Shown here one piece after another: positions 1-8,403 of a stretch of DNA of 32,000 nt. Source of the DNA: Vulcanisaeta distributa DSM 14429. Lineage in GTDB: Archaea > Thermoproteota > Thermoprotei > Thermoproteales > Thermocladiaceae. How positions within the stretch are numbered: the stretch's first letter is position 1; each line of letters opens with the position of its first letter. The DNA lies in contig NC_014537.1 of NCBI RefSeq assembly GCF_000148385.1, positions 960,001 to 992,000 on the forward strand, read 5' to 3'. The position numbers and the translations under genes were made by a program. The notes under the pieces are model-generated. The model worked only from the letters and a program-made list of their open reading frames with translations, did not search any database and was not told the origin of the DNA.

Positions 1-75
1 ACCTCTCTCCACAAGCTTCTCCGTTAGGAATGAGCCTATGAAGCCAGCACCGCCAGTTATCAATACTCTCATCAT
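1..75 (-). CDS. NAD-dependent epimerase/dehydratase, N-terminal fragment (continues past window start)
   Basis: Reverse-strand translation from ATG 75-73 gives MMRVLITGGAGFIGSFLTEKLVERG, which contains the GxxGxxG Rossmann motif of SDR-type sugar epimerases. The frame runs off the window edge. It starts 3 nt after the stop of ORF 79-480. Confidence 0.6.
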   Translation of the reverse strand, partial: MMRVLITGGAGFIGSFLTEKLVERG

Positions 76-78
76 TAA

Positions 79-480
79 TCACCTCATCAACGCTATACTG
101 ACTAAGCCAATTATTAACCCGAGGAGGAGACCCGTATTTCCCAGGGCTATCTGTATTAAGAGCAGGACCAGCAATACTATTTTCATTAACCTACTTATCC
201 CACGGGCTTGACTATATAATGCATTGGTTATTAGGTATGTCATTATTAATATTAGTATTATAGATATGGTACCAATTATTCCGATATAACCCATCTGTAG
301 GACATTATTTATCTGCGATGTGTATATTGATGGGAATGCCGACATAATAGACTCTACAAAGCTTGAGTCTGTATAATACTCAAATTGAAGGTAAATGAGT
401 ATTCCAGCATTAATTAAGTACAATAGTATGCTTATCCCATAGAGTATATGCCATGCCCTAATCCCCTGCGCCTTACTCAT
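79..480 (-). CDS. small polytopic membrane protein, unknown function
   Basis: 133-aa ORF with an ATG start and about four hydrophobic helices. It is tightly packed with co-directional neighbours. Confidence 0.55.
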   Translation of the reverse strand: MSKAQGIRAWHILYGISILLYLINAGILIYLQFEYYTDSSFVESIMSAFPSIYTSQINNVLQMGYIGIIGTISIILILIMTYLITNALYSQARGISRLMKIVLLVLLLIQIALGNTGLLLGLIIGLVSIALMR

Positions 481-498
481 TGGGTAAAGCCACTACCC

Positions 499-1266
499 TT
501 AGGTTATAAATATTGCAATAATGACCCCAGCAAGCATGCTTATGAAGTGACCAAGCCTATTAATGCCGATGCCGTCTATCACGAGAACCGGTGGTATTGG
601 TATTAATAGCCACAATGATTCATAAACCGTGTACAGTATTATTAGGAAGTTGAGCAAATGCATAGGTCTAACAGGCCCCTTCACAGTATTTATCAACGAG
701 GCCGCTAGGACCGCCCCCATTAATCCCATGGTCATTGCTGATAAACCGTAAGTTGCGATAATCCTGTTATACATTAGGGATAGAATTACGGTAGAAACTC
801 CAATACCAATTATACCCGTTAGAACACCTGCCAGTAAGTAATACCTTAGTCTAAGCTCTAGCACGGCGATAGCCGTCACGAACATGAAGATGGGCAATGT
901 ACCAACTAGGTCAGTGACACTGTCCGGTAATAATGATATGAATAGGTAAATGATAACGTAGAGGAAGCCCCTAATTATACTCTGTCTCATCTCAGTAAGC
1001 GCCTCATTCAAAATTAATTCTGGTTTTATTAGAAAAATTGACGCGTAACTAATCAACACTATTAGCGTTATCACAGTTATATAGGAATAACCAATACCTA
1101 AGCCCTTACGTAACCTACTCAATATGTAAATAAACAGTATGAACAGTATGAACTCAGGAAGCAACGCGTAGTAACTCGGTATTAGTACTGCGACTAACGT
1201 ACTTATTGCCGCGATTATTAATACAGCTGGGTAATAAAGCACAAGGGCTGATGCCTTAATCCTCAT
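499..1266 (-). CDS. polytopic membrane protein, possibly rhomboid-family
   Basis: 255-aa ORF with an ATG start and 7-8 hydrophobic helices. GLSAMTMGLMGA resembles the rhomboid GxSGxxxG helix, and RLGHFISMLAGVIIA resembles the His helix. The family call is tentative. Confidence 0.5.
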   Translation of the reverse strand: MRIKASALVLYYPAVLIIAAISTLVAVLIPSYYALLPEFILFILFIYILSRLRKGLGIGYSYITVITLIVLISYASIFLIKPELILNEALTEMRQSIIRGFLYVIIYLFISLLPDSVTDLVGTLPIFMFVTAIAVLELRLRYYLLAGVLTGIIGIGVSTVILSLMYNRIIATYGLSAMTMGLMGAVLAASLINTVKGPVRPMHLLNFLIILYTVYESLWLLIPIPPVLVIDGIGINRLGHFISMLAGVIIAIFIT

Positions 1267-1331
1267 GGCTATTCCTGACCCATAGTATTAGGTTTTTAAT
1301 ATGCATTACATTATGTGATCAACGATACCTT

Positions 1332-1904
1332 GTGAGGATCGTTATCGTACTTCACGGATCGAGGGATCCCGATTATCTAAGTAGTGTGGAGAGCTTCGCA
1401 AAAAATGTTGGTGTTAGTTATGCATTTACTTCATACTCTGAACCATCAATAAATAATGTTATTGGCGACATATACATACCGTTATTCATTGGGTATGGTA
1501 AGGACTATGAGAGGGCAGTAGCTATAACGGGCTTTGAGACACCACCAATGCTTGAGTGGCCGTATGTGAGGGACTTCCTCCTAAGCCTCGGTCCTGGCCT
1601 ATACGTATTTCATGGAGAGAATGATCCGAGGTTCATTGATAGTGTAAGTAAATTGAGTATCCAGGACATTGTCTTTCTCAAAATTGAACCTATGCTAGAG
1701 GATTATTTAATTAATCATTGCCCAGGTAAGGTGATTCCTGTGGTCTTTACCCAAGGCGTGATCTATAAGGAGATTTCAACAGTGGTTAGGAAATCATGCT
1801 CTAACACCGAAGTTCTAAAACCCCTCTTTGAGCTTCAGGAGTTCATAACATACTTTAGGAATTTACTACCATGGCTATTACAAAATACCAGGCGGGTTAG
1901 ATAA
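1332..1904 (+). CDS. CbiX-like class II chelatase (sirohydrochlorin cobaltochelatase-like), internally duplicated
   Basis: GTG start. N-terminal IVIVLHGSRDP is the CbiX signature, and a second copy YVFHGENDP lies at about residue 92. Its stop is 1 nt before the cbiB ATG, so the two genes form an operon. Confidence 0.6.
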   Translation: MRIVIVLHGSRDPDYLSSVESFAKNVGVSYAFTSYSEPSINNVIGDIYIPLFIGYGKDYERAVAITGFETPPMLEWPYVRDFLLSLGPGLYVFHGENDPRFIDSVSKLSIQDIVFLKIEPMLEDYLINHCPGKVIPVVFTQGVIYKEISTVVRKSCSNTEVLKPLFELQEFITYFRNLLPWLLQNTRRVR

Positions 1905-1905
1905 T

Positions 1906-2865
1906 ATGAAGGCTATTTTTGAGACGGTAATGCTATATTACATCACGATTTTAATGACCTCAGTAATACTTGACTTAGTACTTGGTGAGCCTAAGGGTGT
2001 ATTTGTAAAAATGCATCCCGTGGTTGTTACCGGCAATATTGCGTTTAAATTATTTAGACCAAGCAATAAACTTTTTGGAATATTTCTATGGTTTATTTCC
2101 GTGATCCCAATAACAATTATTTATTACTTTGTACCACGTGTTCTAATGGTCATTAATACTATAATTGGGATCATTGTTTATGCCTATTTCCTAAAATTAA
2201 CGTTTTCAATAAAGCTAATGAGGGATTACACCAGGAGAATAATGAGAAGTATTGAGGTTGGGGATTTAGACAATGCCCGTATGCTGACTCAGCAGATCGT
2301 TAGAAGGAATGTGTGGGAGTTAGACACGACTCACTTAATATCTGCAGTTATAGAGAGTCTCGCCGAGTCCTTTGTTGATGGTCTTTTGTCACCATTGTTT
2401 TACTTCGCATTACTCGGATTACCTGGAGCCCTTCTTCAGAGGCTTTCTAACACCATGGACTCAATGGTTGGCTATAGGGGGTGGCCATATGAGGATGTTG
2501 GCTGGTTTTCGGCTAAGGTCGATACAGCACTGAACTATATGCCTGCAAGGTTATCCTCAATAATTATCTTAATAGCGTCTGGATTAGTAGGATTAAACTG
2601 GAGGGGAAGTATTACGGCAGCTTTTCATTATCATCGTAGTGTGAGGAGTGTTAATTCCGGTTGGCCTATGGCATCCTTTGCAGGCGCATTGGGTGTTATG
2701 CTTGAGAAGGTTGGTGCCTATAGGATAAACGATGGCATGCCCGGTCCCGACATAACCAGGTTAAGATTAGCACTTAGGTTATTCGATGTTTCGGTTATCA
2801 TTGCATTAGTAATTACCTTAGTTCTCTTAATCTTTAGAGTATTTTTTATACCATTATTTATTTAG
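1906..2865 (+). CDS. cbiB: adenosylcobinamide-phosphate synthase CbiB/CobD
   Basis: Membrane protein with LDLVLGEP...HPV at the N-terminus and ESLAESFVDGLLSPLFYFALLGLPGALLQRLSNTMDSMVGYR. Both are diagnostic CobD/CbiB motifs. Confidence 0.9.
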   Translation: MKAIFETVMLYYITILMTSVILDLVLGEPKGVFVKMHPVVVTGNIAFKLFRPSNKLFGIFLWFISVIPITIIYYFVPRVLMVINTIIGIIVYAYFLKLTFSIKLMRDYTRRIMRSIEVGDLDNARMLTQQIVRRNVWELDTTHLISAVIESLAESFVDGLLSPLFYFALLGLPGALLQRLSNTMDSMVGYRGWPYEDVGWFSAKVDTALNYMPARLSSIIILIASGLVGLNWRGSITAAFHYHRSVRSVNSGWPMASFAGALGVMLEKVGAYRINDGMPGPDITRLRLALRLFDVSVIIALVITLVLLIFRVFFIPLFI

Positions 2866-2920
2866 GAAGATTATCAATAGAATGGAATAATTAAATTATT
2901 ACCCATATGTAATCAATAAT

Positions 2921-2931
2921 CTTTATTTTTT
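2921..2931 (+). terminator. oligo-T tract, candidate archaeal terminator downstream of cbiB
   Basis: CTTTATTTTTT lies about 56 nt after the cbiB stop. Archaeal RNA polymerase terminates at T-runs. Confidence 0.25.
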
Positions 2932-2940
2932 ACGGTGGAT

Positions 2941-2958
2941 TATATGACGGGTCATATA
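2941..2958. promoter_or_regulatory. 18-nt palindrome upstream of the Lrp/AsnC gene, candidate operator
   Basis: TATATGAC-GG-GTCATATA has perfect 8-bp arms. It lies just upstream of a TATA-like CTTTTTATAC at 2976-2985 and 60-77 nt upstream of ATG 3018. Confidence 0.3.
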
Positions 2959-3017
2959 TAATATTTAGGAATAACCTTTTTATACTAGTGCTATCAGGTG
3001 TATTTTAGTAGATTACT

Positions 3018-3527
3018 ATGTCTTCCATAACCACATCAAGTGGAGAGTCAACACCGGCTGAAATTGAGAGACAGTTAACGGAGAGACAACTCCAGGTTCT
3101 TCAATACCTGCTTAAAAAGGCTGTCCCACTTAAGGTATACACGGTATATGCTGACCAAGATGAACTCGCTAGAGAACTTGGTATGACTAGGCAGGCACTT
3201 AGTGTGCATCTTAAGAAGCTTAAGGACTTTGGGTTAATAAGGACGGGTCGTGAGTTTGTTGATGTCACTGATAAGGCTCTCAAGGTATTAAGGATGAGTT
3301 CGAATGAGGCGATAATCCTCGTTAAGGTTCAACCTAGGTATAGGACAATAATTTACGAGAAGGTTAAGGAGTTACCCATTGAGAAGGCTTACAGGGTATC
3401 CGGTGATTACGACTTAATACTAATAACAAGGGAGGTCAACGTTAATGACATACTACGCGTACTCAGCATGATGGAGGGTGTTGAGGATACTAAGACCTTC
3501 ATATCCTTAGAAACACTCAGGGAGTGA
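3018..3527 (+). CDS. Lrp/AsnC-family transcriptional regulator
   Basis: HTH segment QDELARELGMTRQALSVHLKKLKDFGLI, plus a C-terminal RAM/AsnC-type ligand domain (AYRVSGDYDLILIT...TKTFISL). Confidence 0.85.
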   Translation: MSSITTSSGESTPAEIERQLTERQLQVLQYLLKKAVPLKVYTVYADQDELARELGMTRQALSVHLKKLKDFGLIRTGREFVDVTDKALKVLRMSSNEAIILVKVQPRYRTIIYEKVKELPIEKAYRVSGDYDLILITREVNVNDILRVLSMMEGVEDTKTFISLETLRE

Positions 3528-3615
3528 GCACATAGTGGAAAAAGGCATTGGTTAAATATTACGGTATTAATCTCATTATTACCGCGCTGGAAGGTTTATT
3601 AACCATATAGGGATT

Positions 3616-4347
3616 ATGCATTCACGTAGTATCATGGAGACCGTAAATCCTGAGGTAAGGATTGACACATACATAAGGAATGTCGCAAACGCGCTTGAAC
3701 AGGTGGAAAGGGAGGGCGTTAAAAATGAGGTGATCGAGATAGCAAGGGCGTATTTAAAAGATTCGATTTACTACTTATCAAGGGGTGATCAATTTAATGC
3801 ATTGGCAACAATAGCCTATGCCGAGGGTTTGCTCGACGCATTGAGATTCCTTGGAATAGCCCATTTTAATTGGAGTAGGACCGATGACCTAATCAGGAGA
3901 GCCCAGAATAAGGTTTTTGTTGCGGGAACGTTTGAAATAATTCACCCTGGGCACATAGCCTACCTAAGGCATGCCTGGACCCTCGGACGCGTGGTTGCGG
4001 TGATCGCCCGTGACTCAACGGTTAAGAAGATCAAGGGTAGGGATGTAATAATACCCGAGAACCAGAGGTTGGAGGTTGTTAGTAATATTGTTTATGTTCA
4101 TAAGGCTAGGCTTGGCTATGAGGGTGATATGTTTAGGGTTGTTGAGGAGGAGAGACCTAACATAATATTGCTTGGGCCTAACCAACCATTTAATGAGGAT
4201 TCATTAAGGGAGGAGTTAAGGAAGAGGGGGTTGGGCAACATTGAGGTAATTAGATTCAACGATTACGTGGACTGCCCACTCTGTAGCACAACAAAAATAC
4301 TCAAGGCAATAAGTAGTAGGTTTAATCAGAATAATCAATTGCCATGA
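3616..4347 (+). CDS. ribL: FAD synthetase (FMN adenylyltransferase) RibL with an N-terminal helical (DUF357-like) domain
   Basis: Nucleotidyltransferase motif VAGTFEIIHPGH, followed by VVAVIARDSTVKKIKGRDVIIPENQRLEVV, which closely matches archaeal RibL. ATG 3634 (METVNPE...) is an alternative start and fits the TATA-like TTTATTAA at 3595-3602. Confidence 0.8.
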   Translation: MHSRSIMETVNPEVRIDTYIRNVANALEQVEREGVKNEVIEIARAYLKDSIYYLSRGDQFNALATIAYAEGLLDALRFLGIAHFNWSRTDDLIRRAQNKVFVAGTFEIIHPGHIAYLRHAWTLGRVVAVIARDSTVKKIKGRDVIIPENQRLEVVSNIVYVHKARLGYEGDMFRVVEEERPNIILLGPNQPFNEDSLREELRKRGLGNIEVIRFNDYVDCPLCSTTKILKAISSRFNQNNQLP

Positions 4348-4397
4348 GTACGGGGACACTTTTATTCTTTATATAGGACTTAATCTAATGGTGTTAC

Positions 4398-5006
4398 GTG
4401 GGTGAACCAATACTTAGGGTAAGATCTGCACCCATCAACCTCACCAGTTACGTGATGAACCCACTCATTATAGCCCTAGCCTGGGTTTTACTCGACATAA
4501 TAATGTTTATACTAGTACCAAGAACCCTATTAAGCATGTTACTAAGCCAGGTTGGTTGGTTTATGATCATCCTAATCTTTCAATTGCTCTTCCTAACAAT
4601 CCTTGTAGGTAGTATACGTAAGGCCATGAGAATGATTAAATGGAGTAGATACTTGATTACAGAACTCACGATATATAATGATCACGTGGTTTTTCTAACA
4701 CGTAATAACAATGAATATAGAATGAGTATTGAGGACTTTAATCCATGTATCATTGAGTACATACCTCCAGCACAAGCCTCACCTCCACCACCTCCTCCAA
4801 TGCCGCCTCCAACCCTAGTTCCATACACCTATGGGCCTGGTGCATTTATAATCAGGATCAGCCATGACGCTGAGGAATACTTCCTATTTATAATGACGTA
4901 TCAATACCCCGAGCTGAAGGATGCCATGGTGAAAATTAAAAAGTCCCTGGACTGGTGCAGCGACTACCTGAAGCCGCGGCGTAAAATGTGGAGATTCATG
5001 GGATGA
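4398..5006 (+). CDS. membrane protein with a proline-rich tract, unknown function
   Basis: GTG start about 27 nt downstream of the TATA-like CTTTATATAGG. Hydrophobic N-terminal third, then a soluble domain containing PPAQASPPPPPPMPPPTLVP (about nt 4764-4823). Confidence 0.6.
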   Translation: MGEPILRVRSAPINLTSYVMNPLIIALAWVLLDIIMFILVPRTLLSMLLSQVGWFMIILIFQLLFLTILVGSIRKAMRMIKWSRYLITELTIYNDHVVFLTRNNNEYRMSIEDFNPCIIEYIPPAQASPPPPPPMPPPTLVPYTYGPGAFIIRISHDAEEYFLFIMTYQYPELKDAMVKIKKSLDWCSDYLKPRRKMWRFMG

Positions 5007-5757
5007 GCCCTCTCGTTATTTTCATGAATTCGCGTTGATTGAATGTGAATGAATAACTTATGAGTGTCATGTTTATGTTCATGAACATGCCACCAAATTC
5101 ACTCTGATATGCAGGATATAGGTATATCGTCATGTTCGTTGGTACACCATTACTTAATATGCATAATTCCGTTATATTCATAATCATCGGAAATCCCTGC
5201 AGCCCACCCTGGGTTGGTGTCAATGTTAACGTTGCGGTGAAGCAGTAGGTTGTTTTTCCATTCCAGGTACCCTTCCCTACGTACTTACTCTCGTTTAATG
5301 CAAGTATTACATACTTGGTAAGGTTTACATAGGGTATGCAGTGGGTCGTGGTTTGTGGACCCATGAAGTTAAGTTCCATGGCATAACAAAGTTCATTATC
5401 ATACCTCCAAAGCGCCACATTAAAGTTAATGCCAGACCCCATGAAATGCCTAAATGAGAATGTGCCATTTATCACAGTTGCATCATTTATTGGCGTCCTG
5501 GATATAGTAACAATGCCCATCAACGGGCCCGTTTGAAATGGTACACCAGGTATTCCTGGAAACTCGTTATTATTTATTACAAGTGTGGAACTAATCACGA
5601 ACTTGTAAGTCACCGTAACATTCCTCATAAACAACTCCCTGGCATTCATGAGGGCTGATTCAGGGCCTCCATTTACTGAAACCGCTAAGTAAGTAACTGC
5701 ACCAGCTATTATAATAATTACGAGTATGGCTGTAATTAATAACGGGGTTTTCATCAA
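4996..5757 (-). CDS. N-terminally anchored extracellular protein, unknown function
   Basis: ATGATG start and a signal-anchor helix LLITAILVIIIIAGAVTYLAV. The body looks beta-rich and carries many N-x-S/T sequons (NVT, NGT, NLT, NES, NIT, NMT). Confidence 0.6.
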   Translation of the reverse strand: MMKTPLLITAILVIIIIAGAVTYLAVSVNGGPESALMNARELFMRNVTVTYKFVISSTLVINNNEFPGIPGVPFQTGPLMGIVTISRTPINDATVINGTFSFRHFMGSGINFNVALWRYDNELCYAMELNFMGPQTTTHCIPYVNLTKYVILALNESKYVGKGTWNGKTTYCFTATLTLTPTQGGLQGFPMIMNITELCILSNGVPTNMTIYLYPAYQSEFGGMFMNINMTLISYSFTFNQREFMKITRGLIP

Positions 5758-5794
5758 TTCTATTTAAACCTGTGAATTATTAAAAGGTTTCGAC

Positions 5795-7360
5795 TTAATA
5801 CCTCCTCGCAATCCTCAACCAGTAATTTGCCTGCTTATCACTGCATGCCAAGTCCCTTAAACCACTAATATCCTTACTTGCATCCTCATCCATAGGCACG
5901 CCTAGTGCATCGGCATCGAGTAATTGCTGTATTGCCATTCCACAATCATTATCGCCACTCCAGGGAACCTCAACAACGCCGCCACTATCAAGGCGTTTCC
6001 TGGCCTCGTCCACCGTGGTAGCTTTAGTAGTCATTGATCTGAGGAACTCCCATGCCATGCTCCTCATGTTATCATTTATCACATTTAATAACTCCTTCAC
6101 AGTGTCCACAATACCTTCACGTGGCGCAACGAACTTCTCCATGGTATCCCTCCTGGCCAGGACAACTTGCCTATTCTCAACGTCCTTAGGACCAATCTCT
6201 ATCCTAAGCGGCACACCCATCATCTCCCAGTAATTATACTTCCAACCAGGCGTCTTATCGGTTCGGTCATCAACCTTAACCCTAATACCAGCATTGGTTA
6301 GCTCCTCCGTTATTGACTTAACCTCCCTCATTATTGCCTCCTCCGTGCCCTTATACATTATTGGTACTATCACCACTTGTATGGGTGCCACGTTGGGCGG
6401 TAGCGCAAGGCCCTTATCATCCCCATGCACAGCGATCATCGCCGCAATAACCCTTTCCGAGATCCCATAACTCGTGGTATGCACGTACTCCCAATCACCA
6501 CTTGGCGTTAGGTACCTGACATCAAAGACCCTTGAGAAGTTCGTGCCCAGGTAATGAACGGTGCCAATCTGCATTGTTTTCCCATCGGGCATCACCGTGT
6601 CGAAGGCTATTGTATAGACAGCGCCTGCAAACTTATCCCACTCAGGTCTTTGACTTATTAGATATGGTATGCTAAGATAATCAAATATTTTCTTGTAAAT
6701 CTCCATGGCCTCCTTAATCTGCCTCTCAGCATCCTCCCTATTTGCATGTGCTGTGTGGGCCTCCTTAAACATCGATATCTCCCTAAGCCTAATCATGGGC
6801 CTCGTGGCCTTAGTCTCAGCCCTAAACACACTCACTATTTGGTAAACCTTGAAGGGTAGGTCCGTGTGGTCCTTAATCCATAGCTTGAACATGGGCATCA
6901 TCGCCGTCTCACTAGTCGGCCTTAACACGAGCCTCTCCTCGCCAGTACCGCCCTTACTTACCCAGAAGACCTCATTCTCAAACCCCCTAATGTGCTCACT
7001 CTCCTTTGAGAAGAATTCGTAGGGTATGAATACTGGAAATAGTACTTCCTGATGCCCTGTCTCGTCATGAACAAGCCTGACGTAGGACTCAACAAGCCTT
7101 CTAATCCTCATGCCATACGGCCTCCAGACATATGCGCCCTTCACTGGGTACCTAAAGTCATAAACCTCAGTCTCCATTATAATCCAGTTAAACCAGTCAG
7201 TGAAGTTCCTCCATTTCTCCCTAGGTCTCTTCTCCCTAGGCTTGATGAGTTGTAGCTTGGCAATAAAGGTCCCTCGAATGCGCTTAAGTAAGGCCTTAAA
7301 AGCATTGTGCCCGCAATCAGGCAGTAAATATTTAAGCAGATTGGGTGCTGCAAAGATCAA
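5795..7360 (-). CDS. proS: prolyl-tRNA synthetase, archaeal/eukaryal type (start uncertain)
   Basis: [53 protein letters not shown], an anticodon-binding region and a C-terminal zinc-domain-like region ending ...RIARRY. The 7360 start is TTG. The only in-frame ATG (7177) would cut off the conserved N-terminal helix. Confidence 0.9.
   Translation of the reverse strand: MIFAAPNLLKYLLPDCGHNAFKALLKRIRGTFIAKLQLIKPREKRPREKWRNFTDWFNWIIMETEVYDFRYPVKGAYVWRPYGMRIRRLVESYVRLVHDETGHQEVLFPVFIPYEFFSKESEHIRGFENEVFWVSKGGTGEERLVLRPTSETAMMPMFKLWIKDHTDLPFKVYQIVSVFRAETKATRPMIRLREISMFKEAHTAHANREDAERQIKEAMEIYKKIFDYLSIPYLISQRPEWDKFAGAVYTIAFDTVMPDGKTMQIGTVHYLGTNFSRVFDVRYLTPSGDWEYVHTTSYGISERVIAAMIAVHGDDKGLALPPNVAPIQVVIVPIMYKGTEEAIMREVKSITEELTNAGIRVKVDDRTDKTPGWKYNYWEMMGVPLRIEIGPKDVENRQVVLARRDTMEKFVAPREGIVDTVKELLNVINDNMRSMAWEFLRSMTTKATTVDEARKRLDSGGVVEVPWSGDNDCGMAIQQLLDADALGVPMDEDASKDISGLRDLACSDKQANYWLRIARRY
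7325..7334. promoter_or_regulatory. palindromic TATA-like element between the ferredoxin and proS genes
   Basis: TAAATATTTA is a perfect palindrome. Its centre is about 27-30 nt upstream of the ferredoxin ATG at 7360. Confidence 0.4.
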
Positions 7361-7560
7361 TGAATTTCAGATTAAGGGTTGAGGTATTAAGTAACTGTGT
7401 TGGTTGTGGGATATGCTGGACTGTGTGCCCAAAGGGCGTATTGGCAGGTAGGTTGAGGAGTAAGGCCTATGTGCTGAATGAGTCATTATGCTCAGGGTGC
7501 TTCTCCTGCCAGAACAACTGCCCATACTCAGCAATCAGGGTAACACCAATTCAGTACTAA
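7360..7560 (+). CDS. 2x[4Fe-4S] ferredoxin
   Basis: Two CxxCxxCxxxCP motifs ([12 protein letters not shown] and [12 protein letters not shown]). I prefer ATG 7360 over the track's GTG 7345 because of the TATA element at 7325-7334. Confidence 0.8.
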   Translation: MNFRLRVEVLSNCVGCGICWTVCPKGVLAGRLRSKAYVLNESLCSGCFSCQNNCPYSAIRVTPIQY

Positions 7561-8261
7561 GTAATTAGTGGGAGTCCCGTTGATCTAATGAAATTTACAT
7601 ACCCACGGTCGTTAATAAGTCGTATAAATGCCTCCGTTAAGTCCCTACTCATGACCACGTAATCCCCTATGTAGGTAATTACATAATTAACAGCTCCAAT
7701 TAGGTAATCAGTGCTTAATTCACCAATCGAAATAAGTACCATTAAGTCAAGGGGTGTCGGCATTAATGGGCCTAATAAAATGAGGTTATCATATCTGGCG
7801 GCGTTCTTTATGAATTGAACGTAATCATCAACTACAACGGCAGACTGATCAGGTAGGGTTAAGGAAATAACTCCCACCTCCCTCCTAAAAAGCCCTAACC
7901 AAGTATCATAATCAACCTTACCACTAAGCCTATACCTAATTACCAGCCTGGCAATATCGACGCCTAAATCCACTGATCTCCTAAGCCTCTCAATACTATC
8001 ATAGCAATCAATCGTTGCTGAAGGTTCCATAACCATAATACCTCTTAAAAACTCCGGCACCCAACCCCAAAGCCTAACAAATGAACTCCCAAACCCCATG
8101 AGCAACTCCACGGCATCCCTGGGGTTCAGCACAGCTAACCTACAGAACTCCTGCGGTAATGGCAATGATAGTGATTTATAACGCTTAATAATAACCGTGA
8201 GAATATTCCTTAATATGGGCATTGAGGCCTCGATCCTTGGTGAGTAAATTAGCAGGTTCAT
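7557..8261 (-). CDS. hypothetical protein
   Basis: A 234-aa soluble-looking ORF with no motif I recognise. The track start at 8267 is TTG, so I prefer the ATG two codons downstream (8261). Confidence 0.55.
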   Translation of the reverse strand: MNLLIYSPRIEASMPILRNILTVIIKRYKSLSLPLPQEFCRLAVLNPRDAVELLMGFGSSFVRLWGWVPEFLRGIMVMEPSATIDCYDSIERLRRSVDLGVDIARLVIRYRLSGKVDYDTWLGLFRREVGVISLTLPDQSAVVVDDYVQFIKNAARYDNLILLGPLMPTPLDLMVLISIGELSTDYLIGAVNYVITYIGDYVVMSRDLTEAFIRLINDRGYVNFIRSTGLPLIT

Positions 8262-8303
8262 ATGCAACTAGTAATGCTTTACCTGCCTATTAAAGAGGGT
8301 TCG

Positions 8304-8359
8304 TCAGGTAAACCCGAGTTCCTCATCATTAGGTTCTCAGAGGCCTGTTTCCTCATCAA
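8304..8359 (-). ncRNA. candidate C/D-box sRNA (atypical D-guide length)
   Basis: Minus-strand layout: C box UUGAUGA (8359-8353), 12-nt spacer, D' CUGA (8340-8337), 7-nt spacer, C' AUGAUGA (8329-8323), 15-nt spacer, D CUGA (8307-8304). It is intergenic, with A/T-rich TATA-like sequence at 8383-8390 about 27 nt upstream of the C box. Confidence 0.45.
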
Positions 8360-8374
8360 TTGGGTTTGTTTAAT

Positions 8375-8388
8375 ATTAATGCATTAAT
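8375..8388. promoter_or_regulatory. palindromic A/T-rich element in a divergent promoter region
   Basis: ATTAATGCATTAAT is a perfect 14-nt palindrome. It lies 16-29 nt upstream of ATG 8404 and about 20-30 nt upstream of the minus-strand C box at 8359. Confidence 0.35.
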
Positions 8389-8403
8389 TAAGTTAATTTC
8401 TCG

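Noticed and set aside
61-100. UUGAUGA and AUGAUGA box-like strings on the minus strand at the epimerase start, and other isolated RUGAUGA strings inside CDSs (for example near 4450, 9078, 10457, 14213, 23957 and 24849).
   Set aside because: I checked each for CUGA at about 12 nt and for a second box pair, and none has the full C/D'/C'/D layout. They fall inside well-supported coding frames, for example ATGATGA as Met-Met codons.
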